Shown here piece after piece: positions 27,278 to 35,262 of a stretch of DNA of 48,743 nucleotides (position 1 is the stretch's first letter; each line of letters begins with the position of its first letter). Source of the DNA: a virus. Taxonomy: Duplodnaviria > Caudoviricetes. The notes under the pieces were generated by a model that ran no database searches, was not told the DNA's origin, and saw nothing but the letters and a program-made list of their open reading frames with translations. The stretch lies in the IMG/VR virus record IMGVR_UViG_3300020120_000076, positions 1-48,743 of that record, one strand, 5' to 3'. A program made the position numbers and the translations under genes.

Positions 27278-27573
27278 CCCCGCCCATTCGCCACGACTGG
27301 ACCGCGTTCGCCTCGACCACGTTGGCCGGCGCGCTCCTCTTGGCCGAGCACCACGCCCGAGAGATGCAGGCCGCGCACACCGTGGTCGCTCGCATCCAGG
27401 ACGGGATGCTCGGCTTCGACGTCATGCTGTCGGCGAGCTACGCCGAGCTCCGCGAGCAGGGCTCGGCCGACCGGATCTCGCCCGTCGCCTCGGCGCTGCC
27501 GAGCGGCGTGATCGACCTCTACCGCGTGCTCGCCGTCCCGTTCACCCCACTCACCCCCGTCCGAGGAGACTGA
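27274..27573 (+). CDS. Hypothetical early protein (99 aa)
   Basis: GGAGG RBS, ATGA overlap. Confidence 0.75.
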   Translation: MTPPIRHDWTAFASTTLAGALLLAEHHAREMQAAHTVVARIQDGMLGFDVMLSASYAELREQGSADRISPVASALPSGVIDLYRVLAVPFTPLTPVRGD

Positions 27574-27578
27574 CCGCC

Positions 27579-28067
27579 ATGTGTGTCAACTGTCGCAAGT
27601 ACGCGCTCAAGTACCTGGCGCTCATGATCGAGATCACCAACACGGCCTGCCGGGCCGGGGGCGACGCCCTGGGCGACGATCCAGATCCAGCCAAGACGCA
27701 AACGTACGAGGACCTAGAGCGTCTGATTCCGCTGGCGCTCCCGGTCATCCCCGAGGAGGGTGGCGAGCGGTCGGACCCGGCGACCTTGCCCGAGCTCGCG
27801 GGTTGGCTCTCTCTCCTCCCGGCCGACCGCATCCGCGAGATGCAGCACGAGCTCCGGATGCTGTCGATCGCCACGGGCGACATCGCGGGCGGCCTCTACA
27901 CGACCCTCGTGTCCCGGGCCGAGCAGGGCGACGAGGAGTCCCAGCTCATGGTCAACTCGTTGGCCGAGGGCGAGTCGACCGCGCTTCGGCGGAGCGCCGG
28001 CCAGCCGACGATCGTTCTCCACCAGGCTCCGCCTAAGCGCCGGCCGTCGCGCGGGAGCTTGAACTAA
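27579..28067 (+). CDS. Hypothetical early protein with N-terminal CxxC (162 aa)
   Basis: GAGGAG RBS; MCVNCRKY. Confidence 0.75.
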   Translation: MCVNCRKYALKYLALMIEITNTACRAGGDALGDDPDPAKTQTYEDLERLIPLALPVIPEEGGERSDPATLPELAGWLSLLPADRIREMQHELRMLSIATGDIAGGLYTTLVSRAEQGDEESQLMVNSLAEGESTALRRSAGQPTIVLHQAPPKRRPSRGSLN

Positions 28068-28246
28068 TGACCGCCCAGGAACTTCGCGCCTGGCGCGAGC
28101 GGGCCAAGGCGACTCAGGAGTTGGCCGCCGAGGCGGTCGACGTCAACGTGCGGACGTGGCGGAGGTGGGAGCGGGGCGAGTACCCCGTGCCCAAGTGGGT
28201 CGCCTACTGCCTCGCCGGAGTTGCGCGCGAGCGCACGCCGCCGTAA
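28067..28246 (+). CDS. Xre/Cro-family HTH protein (59 aa)
   Basis: Below the ORF-track cutoff: MTAQELRAWRERAKATQELAAEAVDVNVRTWRRWERGEYPVPKWVAYCLAGVARERTPP; TAATG coupling. Confidence 0.85.
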   Translation: MTAQELRAWRERAKATQELAAEAVDVNVRTWRRWERGEYPVPKWVAYCLAGVARERTPP

Positions 28247-28249
28247 GTT
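28221..28249 (+). promoter_or_regulatory. Sigma70-type promoter TTGCGC-N17-TAAGTT for the putative sRNA
   Basis: Exact 17-nt spacer; the -10 includes the HTH stop codon; same -35 as the yqaJ promoter. Confidence 0.65.
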
Positions 28250-28255
28250 GGACTC

Positions 28256-28360
28256 CCGCCAGCGGAACTCGCTTGTCCCTGCCTGGCTCCGTGTTGCGTT
28301 TTTGGGGAAGGGAGAAAACCGGAACACCCCAGCGGTCGCTCGCTGGGGTGTTTTGTTTTA
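28256..28360 (+). ncRNA. Putative trans-acting anti-RBS small RNA (about 105 nt)
   Basis: Own promoter and terminator, no ATG/RBS; 5' hairpin AGCG-GAACT-CGCT; pyrimidine-rich seed at 28278-28297 complementary to several phage RBSs. Confidence 0.6.
28323..28360 (+). terminator. Intrinsic terminator between convergent operons
   Basis: AACACCCCAGCG-GTCGCT-CGCTGGGGTGTT perfect 12-bp stem followed by TTGTTTT. Confidence 0.9.
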
Positions 28361-28633
28361 CTGGAGATTGGCCTGGGCGGCGAAGAGATCGCGGTGGAGC
28401 TCCTGCGCGCGGCGGCGGCGGAAGGCCGCACCTCGCCGGCCATAGTTGGAGGTCACCGAGGCCACGGCCAAGAGCTGGAGCATGTGGTCGATCTCGTCCT
28501 GGGTCTTGACCACCATCCACCACCGATAGCGCATCAAGACCCGGCGGTCGAGTGGGTCATCGGTGAGCGAGAGCAACCAGTCGCGGTAGCGATGGCTGAT
28601 CCGGTGCCGGTAGAGAGCGGGCGCGGCCCTCAT
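28358..28633 (-). CDS. Hypothetical protein (91 aa)
   Basis: ATGA-coupled last gene of the replication operon. Confidence 0.65.
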   Translation of the reverse strand: MRAAPALYRHRISHRYRDWLLSLTDDPLDRRVLMRYRWWMVVKTQDEIDHMLQLLAVASVTSNYGRRGAAFRRRRAQELHRDLFAAQANLQ

Positions 28634-29559
28634 ACGCGCACCGAGTACCGATCGACGGCCGTGAAGGTGATCGAGCTTGCTCCCGGGCACACCTTGGACA
28701 GCCAGGCGTGCTCCTCTGTGGCCGCGGGGCTCCCCAGGACCATGTCGCGGTACCACACTTTCTTGGTCGCCTCCCAGCGATAGCCCCGGCGTTTCAACTC
28801 GTCTTTCTGCGCGAAGGGCGAGCCCCAGGCGAGGAGCCGGGTGGTCGGGGTGAGCGCGTTGGCGAGGAGCTCGGCGAGGTAGGTCGACGCGCCGTCAGGA
28901 GAGCCCGCGAGAACGTGGACCCCAACCAGGACATCGTCCATCGCCCGGTGGGGCTCGTAAAACTCGCCACGGGTCTCGATCAGGAGCGTGCCGAGCTGCG
29001 CGTTCCTGACCTTGTGCCGCGCCCAGTCGATCCCGCGGTACGAGCAGGCCCACGGGAGCCGCTTGAACGCGAGCGCCGGAAAGCGGGCCTCGGCCACCTT
29101 CCGGTCGAAGTCGGCGTTGTGCGCCACGACGAGCGAGACGCCGTCGAGCATCCGGTGGACGTCGTCCTCGTTGAACGCCTGGCCCATGACGTCCGAGTCG
29201 GTGATGCCGGTCAGCTCCGTGATCTCCGGTGGGATGGCGACCCCGGGGTGCTCGAACGCCTGGTAGGTGCCGCCTACCCAGGCGACGAGCCCGTGTGCGT
29301 CGTACGCAAAGCGCGCCATCGCGAGCTCGATCGGCCGGTCGTGGAGCGGATCGAGGCCCGTGGTCTCGAAGTCCAGGTAGACGCCCTTGTGCAGCTCGCG
29401 CATTACGACCGGGTCCATGTAGCGCCGGTCCTCGTTCGGCTGAAAGCGCCGGAGCACGCGGTAGTCGGGGTTGCGGTCGAGCTCCTCGGCGATGGCCTCC
29501 GGGTGTACACGGAGCACGTCCATCACGTCGGCCGTTAAGTGTTCTAGGATCTCAGTCAC
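28630..29559 (-). CDS. DEDDh 3'-5' exonuclease (DnaQ/epsilon-like), 309 aa
   Basis: LDFETTGLD, VAHNADFDR, HRAMDD motifs; C-terminal KDELKRRGYRW domain. Confidence 0.92.
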   Translation of the reverse strand: MTEILEHLTADVMDVLRVHPEAIAEELDRNPDYRVLRRFQPNEDRRYMDPVVMRELHKGVYLDFETTGLDPLHDRPIELAMARFAYDAHGLVAWVGGTYQAFEHPGVAIPPEITELTGITDSDVMGQAFNEDDVHRMLDGVSLVVAHNADFDRKVAEARFPALAFKRLPWACSYRGIDWARHKVRNAQLGTLLIETRGEFYEPHRAMDDVLVGVHVLAGSPDGASTYLAELLANALTPTTRLLAWGSPFAQKDELKRRGYRWEATKKVWYRDMVLGSPAATEEHAWLSKVCPGASSITFTAVDRYSVRV

Positions 29560-29933
29560 AGTGTCCTCATGGCGGTGAGCCAGTGAGCGAGGACGTTGAC
29601 GCCCCCGAGTAAGTAGGTCTCGCCGCACGCTTCGGCGTCGAGTTGGAATTTGCGCTGCTCTTCGGATTGCTCGCCGCACTCGGCCTTGGCTTCCCACCAA
29701 CAGGTGAGCCGCCGGGCGCGGTGGTAGTATTTGCGATCGGGGATCCCGGGCGTCTGCTGCGTCGCGCGCGCCTGGGAGAAATGGATCGAGCGGAAGCCGT
29801 GGAGCTCCATCAACTGGTCGCCCTGCGGGACGACGACCTTGTTCTCGTTCGCGACCAAGACCCGCTTCCGCCCCTTGGGGGTCAAGAGCGGCGAGCCGGG
29901 GCCCAGCTCGACCCCGTTATGGCGTGGCATCAC
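29556..29933 (-). CDS. VRR-NUC family nuclease (125 aa)
   Basis: PGIPD...WEAKAECGEQSEEQRKFQ. Confidence 0.85.
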   Translation of the reverse strand: MMPRHNGVELGPGSPLLTPKGRKRVLVANENKVVVPQGDQLMELHGFRSIHFSQARATQQTPGIPDRKYYHRARRLTCWWEAKAECGEQSEEQRKFQLDAEACGETYLLGGVNVLAHWLTAMRTL

Positions 29934-30189
29934 GCACCTCCCCCGAGTCGAGCCACGACTCGATCGAGCTCCCTGAGTGCTTCGCCAAGGCGCGCAACAC
30001 GTCGAGGTTGGACCGGCGCGCGATCCCCAGGGCCATCTTCCGAAGGGCGTCGTACGAGACGTGAAGCTCCCGGGCGGCCGTGCTCAGGTTGTCGTCGAAC
30101 ACGATCGAGATGTAGTCGCTCACCGCCACGGCGAGCCGCCGCCGCTGGAGGTCGGCCGCGTTCCCCACCCGGGTCTTAGCTCTTGGCAC
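29917..30189 (-). CDS. Xre-like HTH protein (90 aa)
   Basis: NLSTAARELHVSYDALRKMALG...NLDVLRALAK...SIESWL. Confidence 0.75.
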   Translation of the reverse strand: MPRAKTRVGNAADLQRRRLAVAVSDYISIVFDDNLSTAARELHVSYDALRKMALGIARRSNLDVLRALAKHSGSSIESWLDSGEVRDATP

Positions 30190-31168
30190 GGCGCACCTCC
30201 TCGGTGATGAGCTCCTGGAGCCGGCCCCGGACCATCACCAGCCGGCCGCGTTGCTCGTGCGGAAACTCGTTCGCGATGTCCTGAATGGCTTGGTCATGGA
30301 GCGCGGCGTAGCGCCTCGGGTGTGTCTCAGCGAACCGGGCCACGGCGACCCGTTCGGCTTCGGCCGCCTTCGCGGCCTCGGCAAACTCCTCGGCCCGTCG
30401 CTCCTCGTGGAGTTTGATGTTGGCCGTCTCCCGGGCCTGGGCCTTCCGGCCCCGTGCGCGGCGAACAAACCCGGCGAAGTAGGACGGGTTGAACCGCCCG
30501 TCTTGCTCGGCGGCGGCATACTCCTGGACTGCGAGTCCGAGCTCGGCTGGCGTGGACGGGTCGTAGTCGAGGCCGTTTAAGTGGGCCTGTAGGATGGCGA
30601 CCACCGTGTGAGGGTTCCGGCACGAACGGAGAAACCCCTCGACCGCGCCCCCGTACGGCCCGAAGTCGATCGACTCGAACGCCTGGAAGTCGATCGGCCG
30701 AAACCCCCTCTCCTGCACCTCTCCCTCAAGATCAACAGACGGAGAAGTAGAAGGAGATACTTCGCGTGACAGTTGTGACATGTCACGCCCTGTCACACCG
30801 TTCCCGTTACGCGCCCGGTAGTCGGCCTGCCGCTTCGCGTCAGCAACTTGCTTAGCCGTCCGGAGCTCCCGGTACCGCTCGTAATTGACGAGCAACCAGC
30901 CGCCCGGGATGACGCGCAAGCGCCGGCCCTCGTCCACGCCCGAGCGATCGAACGCATCGGGTGAGGTCAACACCTCCAGCGCCTCCAAGGTCTTGTCGAG
31001 CGGGATGTTGGCCCGCCGCGCCAGGCCCGGCACCGACGCCATGACCTGGCCGTCGGCGTCGGCCATCGCGAGCATGGTCACCCACAAGAGCCGCGTCCAC
31101 GGGTCCTCGGACCAGATCGACGAGTCGAGGATCGAGCCGTAGAGCTTGACGAAATTGCCGCCGCTCAT
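30176..31168 (-). CDS. Phage replication initiator/replisome organiser (330 aa)
   Basis: FVKLYGSILDSSIW...LWVTMLAMAD...GGWLLVNYERYR...KRQADYR winged-helix initiator pattern; low-complexity linker carrying DNA repeats. Confidence 0.8.
   Translation of the reverse strand: MSGGNFVKLYGSILDSSIWSEDPWTRLLWVTMLAMADADGQVMASVPGLARRANIPLDKTLEALEVLTSPDAFDRSGVDEGRRLRVIPGGWLLVNYERYRELRTAKQVADAKRQADYRARNGNGVTGRDMSQLSREVSPSTSPSVDLEGEVQERGFRPIDFQAFESIDFGPYGGAVEGFLRSCRNPHTVVAILQAHLNGLDYDPSTPAELGLAVQEYAAAEQDGRFNPSYFAGFVRRARGRKAQARETANIKLHEERRAEEFAEAAKAAEAERVAVARFAETHPRRYAALHDQAIQDIANEFPHEQRGRLVMVRGRLQELITEEVRRAKS
30730..30812. promoter_or_regulatory. Putative replication origin (iterons inside the initiator gene)
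   Basis: GTGACA at 30766 and 30775, TGTCAC at 30781 and 30791, next to a purine-rich lower-GC tract. Confidence 0.6.
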
Positions 31169-31515
31169 AGCACCACCTCCCACACCCGCTGACGGTACCC
31201 GTCGACCGTCTCGTGCCGCCCCGTCCAGCGGATCTTGCCCATCCGGACGAGCTCGGCCCGGCGCGAGCGGATCCCTGACTCGCTTTGCGTGTGCTGCATT
31301 CCCATGTCCCGCTCCCACGCCTGCACGTACTCGACGAGCTGCTTGTCGATCGAGGGTCCGAGCACACGAAGCCCCGCCAGGACGCGGGCTTGGGTCGGCC
31401 TGACCTTATCCGGGGTGTGGGCTACCCCAGCGGCCTTCGACGTCTCCGGATCGGTCCTACGCGATCGTGGAGGGGTTTCTTGTTCGAGGAGATCGAGCTG
31501 CGGGTCGCCAATCAT
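31165..31515 (-). CDS. Winged-helix DNA-binding protein (116 aa)
   Basis: RRTDPETSKAA...SGIRSRRAELVRMG...VW motif. Confidence 0.7.
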   Translation of the reverse strand: MIGDPQLDLLEQETPPRSRRTDPETSKAAGVAHTPDKVRPTQARVLAGLRVLGPSIDKQLVEYVQAWERDMGMQHTQSESGIRSRRAELVRMGKIRWTGRHETVDGYRQRVWEVVL

Positions 31516-31877
31516 CGCGCCCCCCGTGCCCGCTTGGGGCGGGCTTTCGGTTTGGGCGCGTTGAGCTCAGCGAACCGCGCACGCACGGCCTCGCGGATGT
31601 CCAGCCAGGCGTGTTCCGAGACGGTGATGATGAGGCCGCACGCGCCACACTGGAGCGCCGGGGCGCGCACGGAGCGATCGAGCGCGGTCCAGCCCGACGT
31701 TGCGGTCATGACCTTGCCACAGTCGGGGCACCGCTCGGGCACCCCGGCCACGATGACGTCGTTCCGTCGCGGGCCCTCGGGCTGGACCGTTGATCCGTCG
31801 ATCGAGAGCTGGCCGGGGAGCTCGGTGCGGTAGTAAGCGGCGTCGGCCGCCTCCCGTCGGGTGAGTTTCTTAGGCAT
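31512..31877 (-). CDS. Zinc-ribbon protein (121 aa)
   Basis: CPDCG...CGACG. Confidence 0.7.
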   Translation of the reverse strand: MPKKLTRREAADAAYYRTELPGQLSIDGSTVQPEGPRRNDVIVAGVPERCPDCGKVMTATSGWTALDRSVRAPALQCGACGLIITVSEHAWLDIREAVRARFAELNAPKPKARPKRARGAR

Positions 31878-32787
31878 CGACCCGATCCTCCCCGAGCTCG
31901 TCCAGCGCGGCTTGCCGGCGGAGCTCGGCGGCCTCGTCGGGGTCGAGCTTGCGCTTGAGGTTGGCCGCCCGTTCTTGGGTCCGCTCCATGACGTTCGCCG
32001 TGACGTCCTCGACCGAGTCCAAGACGTCGGACGGTTCGTTGATCGTGCCGGTCTCGAAGCGGTTGTCGAGCTCGACGGCGGCACGAAACTCCGGCGAGAG
32101 GGGGACCATCTTCGACCCCCGCTTGACCACGGTTTTCTTGGCTTGCTCGCCCCACCACTCGACCCAGGGGCCCTCGTCTTTGGCCCGGCTCGTGGCCCGG
32201 ACGCGCTCGACCTCGTCGCGGGTCATCCAGTCGAAATGGAGCGCGCCGCCGGCCATCTTGAAGAGGGCGTAGACGGCGACGATCTTCGAGTCGTCGTTCC
32301 GCGCCCCCGTCATGAGCGGCCGGTGCATGATCTTGTCCTCGGTCCCGAGCGACACCTCGAAGTCGTCCCCCTCGAACACCGCCCGAGGGGTGATCGCCTG
32401 GACCGACCCCGAGCGGATCGCTAGGGTCGCCAGGCCGCGGACCATCGGGATGAGCTTGGCGACTCCCTTGTAGGGGATCAACGCCGCCTCACCCGCCGGG
32501 CCGCCGACCATGAGCCCCAAGCTCGCGGCCTGCATCACGGCCTGGACGATCGACATCTTCCCCTCGGCCGTGGCGGCGACCTTGGTAAGCGCGGGGGTCA
32601 TCGCCACCTGGAGGAGCGCCGAGCGGATCAAGGCCGGCGCTTCGATGGGCCCCCGAAGCGAGGCCGCAATCGAGCCCTCGGCTTTGGCGAGGATCATCTT
32701 GATCGGCGCGTTCTCGTCGAAGAGAGTCGAGACGGCGGCGCGGGTCTCGGGCTGGAGTCGGGAAACTGCCTGACGCGGGGCGCTCAT
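31870..32787 (-). CDS. recT: RecT-family ssDNA annealing protein (305 aa)
   Basis: QAASLGL...ALIPYKG...GLATLAIRSG...VFEGDDF...GPW...AKKTVVKR...PLSPE. Confidence 0.92.
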   Translation of the reverse strand: MSAPRQAVSRLQPETRAAVSTLFDENAPIKMILAKAEGSIAASLRGPIEAPALIRSALLQVAMTPALTKVAATAEGKMSIVQAVMQAASLGLMVGGPAGEAALIPYKGVAKLIPMVRGLATLAIRSGSVQAITPRAVFEGDDFEVSLGTEDKIMHRPLMTGARNDDSKIVAVYALFKMAGGALHFDWMTRDEVERVRATSRAKDEGPWVEWWGEQAKKTVVKRGSKMVPLSPEFRAAVELDNRFETGTINEPSDVLDSVEDVTANVMERTQERAANLKRKLDPDEAAELRRQAALDELGEDRVDA

Positions 32788-33791
32788 TCGGCACCCGCCT
32801 GGCTGACGCGGAGCACGGCGAACGACGCGCCTTGCTTCTCGAAGGCGGTGAGATCGAGCTCGCACCCGCGGAGCGCGGCGATGGCGTCCGACGCGACCCC
32901 GCCACAGAGCTTGAGCACCGCGGCCGACGTCGCGATCCGGTCGAACGGCTTGGCCCCGGCCAACGCTTTCTTGTCGAACGAGGAGCGGCCCCTGGAGAAC
33001 GTGTACGAAATCCGGACATCGCCGCCGATGTAGACGCCGGGCCCATCGGCGTACTCCAACACCTGCTCCCGCGCCTGTGCCTCCAGGATCTCGGCCTCGG
33101 CCTTCAACTGCTTAGCGTCCCGGAGCATTGCCGCGACCTCGCAGAATTGGCCGTTGCTCGACAGGTCGATCCGTGGTACCGCTCCCTCGGCGCGCTGGAT
33201 CTCCAGCCGGGCCTCGTCCAGCTCGACCGCCACGGGCGGGATCTTGGGGACGACGTGGTTCAACCAGAACGACGACACGCGGTCGACGATCTGCGTGTAG
33301 AGCTCGGGGTCAAACTCGACCGGGAAGTCCACCACCTCCATCTGGTCGGCGCAGAAAATAACCCAGTAGCCGACCTCGAACCCGGCGAGCCCGAGGTAGG
33401 TCTGCATCTGCGCGATGTACCCCTCGTGGAGCCCGGTGCGCTTGATCTTGGAGAACGCCCCGAGCGAGGGGCACTTGATCTCGGCCAGCGCCCGCTCGCC
33501 CACGACGCGGCGGTCGATCTTGCCGGTGAGGAAGGGATACACCGGGTGCTGGAGCCGGCCATGCACGCGGTGGAGTCGCTTCCCCGTCTTGGCGGCGTAC
33601 TCTTCGGCCGCGATCTCCTCCAACCGCGTGCCCCGTCGGGTGTGCGCGTTCCCGGTGAACGGGAGCACGAGCCCCACTTTCTCCTCGTACACCTGGAGCG
33701 CCGTCTTGTAGGGGTCGTGCCCCAGGATCGCCCCCACCTCGGACGCACCGATGAACTGCGTCCGGTCCTCGACTGCTTGCGTTACTTCCAT
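32784..33791 (-). CDS. YqaJ-like viral recombination exonuclease (335 aa)
   Basis: IGASEVGAILG...PYKT...RGTRLE...KIDR...EIKC...YIAQMQTYL. Confidence 0.92.
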   Translation of the reverse strand: MEVTQAVEDRTQFIGASEVGAILGHDPYKTALQVYEEKVGLVLPFTGNAHTRRGTRLEEIAAEEYAAKTGKRLHRVHGRLQHPVYPFLTGKIDRRVVGERALAEIKCPSLGAFSKIKRTGLHEGYIAQMQTYLGLAGFEVGYWVIFCADQMEVVDFPVEFDPELYTQIVDRVSSFWLNHVVPKIPPVAVELDEARLEIQRAEGAVPRIDLSSNGQFCEVAAMLRDAKQLKAEAEILEAQAREQVLEYADGPGVYIGGDVRISYTFSRGRSSFDKKALAGAKPFDRIATSAAVLKLCGGVASDAIAALRGCELDLTAFEKQGASFAVLRVSQAGAE

Positions 33792-33818
33792 ACCTGCCTC
33801 CGTGTTTTGTCAAACCTC

Positions 33819-33847
33819 AAAATGGAGCACACGGAGCGGGGGCGCAA
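33819..33847 (-). promoter_or_regulatory. Promoter of the recombination/replication operon, TTGCGC-N17-CATTTT
   Basis: 17-nt spacer in the only intergenic gap between the lysis cassette and yqaJ. Confidence 0.55.
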
Positions 33848-33857
33848 GGCCCGAGAT

Positions 33858-34370
33858 TTACCGCCGGATCAGGTGCGCGAGCTCGTCGGCCGCCGCGCCC
33901 GCGGCGAACCCCAGGAGCGAGGGTTGAACGCAGCCCGTCTTGATCGTCATCGGCTTGGCCTCCGCCTTGAGCTTCAAGGCGGCGATCGTCGCCGTGGCAT
34001 CGCGGCGGAACGCCTCGCACGAGCCCAGGAGCTCGGTACACGCTTTGATCGCCGAGTCGGTGCGCGTGATGAACTGCTTGACCAAGACGGTGTCGGTGAG
34101 GTGGGCGAGCACGGTGTCGTGGAGCACGCGCACGCGCTCGATCTCGACGGGCACGCGAACGATGCTCTGGACTAAGACCGTGTCCGTGTGGGCGAGCCGC
34201 TTGGCCGCATCGCGGTAGAGCGAGTCGGCGACCCGGTACCGCTCGGCCCACATCCCGCGGGCCTGTTCGGATTTATTGTGCTCGCGCCAGGCCACGGTGC
34301 CGTACGTGATCGCGAGCGCGGCGAGAGCGATCTGCCAATGCGCTTTGAGGAGGAGCCAGGCGGGGGTCAT
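33858..34370 (-). CDS. Putative spanin-like lysis protein (170 aa)
   Basis: N-terminal TM helix, helical body with DTV repeats and Cys residues; follows the endolysin. Confidence 0.55.
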   Translation of the reverse strand: MTPAWLLLKAHWQIALAALAITYGTVAWREHNKSEQARGMWAERYRVADSLYRDAAKRLAHTDTVLVQSIVRVPVEIERVRVLHDTVLAHLTDTVLVKQFITRTDSAIKACTELLGSCEAFRRDATATIAALKLKAEAKPMTIKTGCVQPSLLGFAAGAAADELAHLIRR

Positions 34371-34885
34371 AGCGTGATGTCGTCCGGGAGGAGAGTGATC
34401 CAACGGCCGAAGCGGTCGAGCGGGGCGACCGACTCCGTGCGGGTCCACTGGAGCCAGCCCTCGCGGGTGTCGCCGGGCTGGCCGGGACGGATCGTGTTGC
34501 CGGCCGAGACCTGGATCCGCTGCATGTCGGGCGCGACCGAAAGCACGAGGCCGACGTGCCCGAATCGTTTGAGCTCGGGATGCCACTTAAACCACAAGTC
34601 GCCACGCTGCGGCGTGGCGACCAAGACTCCTTTGGTTTTGCAGTAGTCGGCGCAGAGTTGACACGACGCCGTCAGCGGGAGCGGCCAGAGGCGGCCCAGC
34701 GCGATCTTGCCCGTGTCGGAGATGTCGGCCATGCACCACGGGTCGCCGGCTTTGTTGCCCGGCACGGCCAAGACGCGCTCGACGAACGGCCCCGCGTTGG
34801 ACGCCGGGGGCGATTCGGCCGCGCCCTCCGCCTTCAAGTGGATCCGGATGACGTACTCGACGATGTCGAGGGTGATCTTGCTCAC
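34367..34885 (-). CDS. CHAP-domain endolysin (172 aa)
   Basis: NAGPFVE...GDPWCM...GDL...GHVGLV...AGNT catalytic Cys/His motifs. Confidence 0.85.
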   Translation of the reverse strand: MSKITLDIVEYVIRIHLKAEGAAESPPASNAGPFVERVLAVPGNKAGDPWCMADISDTGKIALGRLWPLPLTASCQLCADYCKTKGVLVATPQRGDLWFKWHPELKRFGHVGLVLSVAPDMQRIQVSAGNTIRPGQPGDTREGWLQWTRTESVAPLDRFGRWITLLPDDITL

Positions 34886-35262
34886 GGCGTGGCCTCGAAC
34901 CCCGCGACGGGATCGCGGCGCTGGGTGATTTCGGTGACGTTATGCGTTGTGATATTTGTGTTCTTGTTCTCCTGCGAGAACCGCTCGGCGATCGACGCCT
35001 TCATCTCGTACTTGGTCAGGAAAAACGTGAAGGTCGCCTTGCCGAAGGCGACGGCGAAGTTGGCGATCTGCATGGCGAGCACGGTGCCGCTCACGGTGTG
35101 CTTGGCCTCGACGACGTGAACGATCAAGACCTGGACGGTGATGCAGAGGCCCTTGGTGAGCGAGAGCTCGTAGGTCGGCTTGTCCGTGAGCGGCGCAACG
35201 AGCGACCGGCGGAGGCGCGTTCGCCACGGGAGCTGGTCGCCCGCTCGACGGCGCGGTGTCAT
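34882..35262 (-). CDS. Putative holin (126 aa)
   Basis: Two moderately hydrophobic segments; immediately upstream of the endolysin. Confidence 0.5.
   Translation of the reverse strand: MTPRRRAGDQLPWRTRLRRSLVAPLTDKPTYELSLTKGLCITVQVLIVHVVEAKHTVSGTVLAMQIANFAVAFGKATFTFFLTKYEMKASIAERFSQENKNTNITTHNVTEITQRRDPVAGFEATP

Noticed and set aside
28156-28509. Peptide-coding ORF through the sRNA region
   Set aside because: No RBS, overlaps the HTH gene and crosses a strong terminator into a convergent gene.
33817-34251. Embedded o-spanin in an alternate frame
   Set aside because: No lipoprotein signal or lipobox in the overlapping frame.
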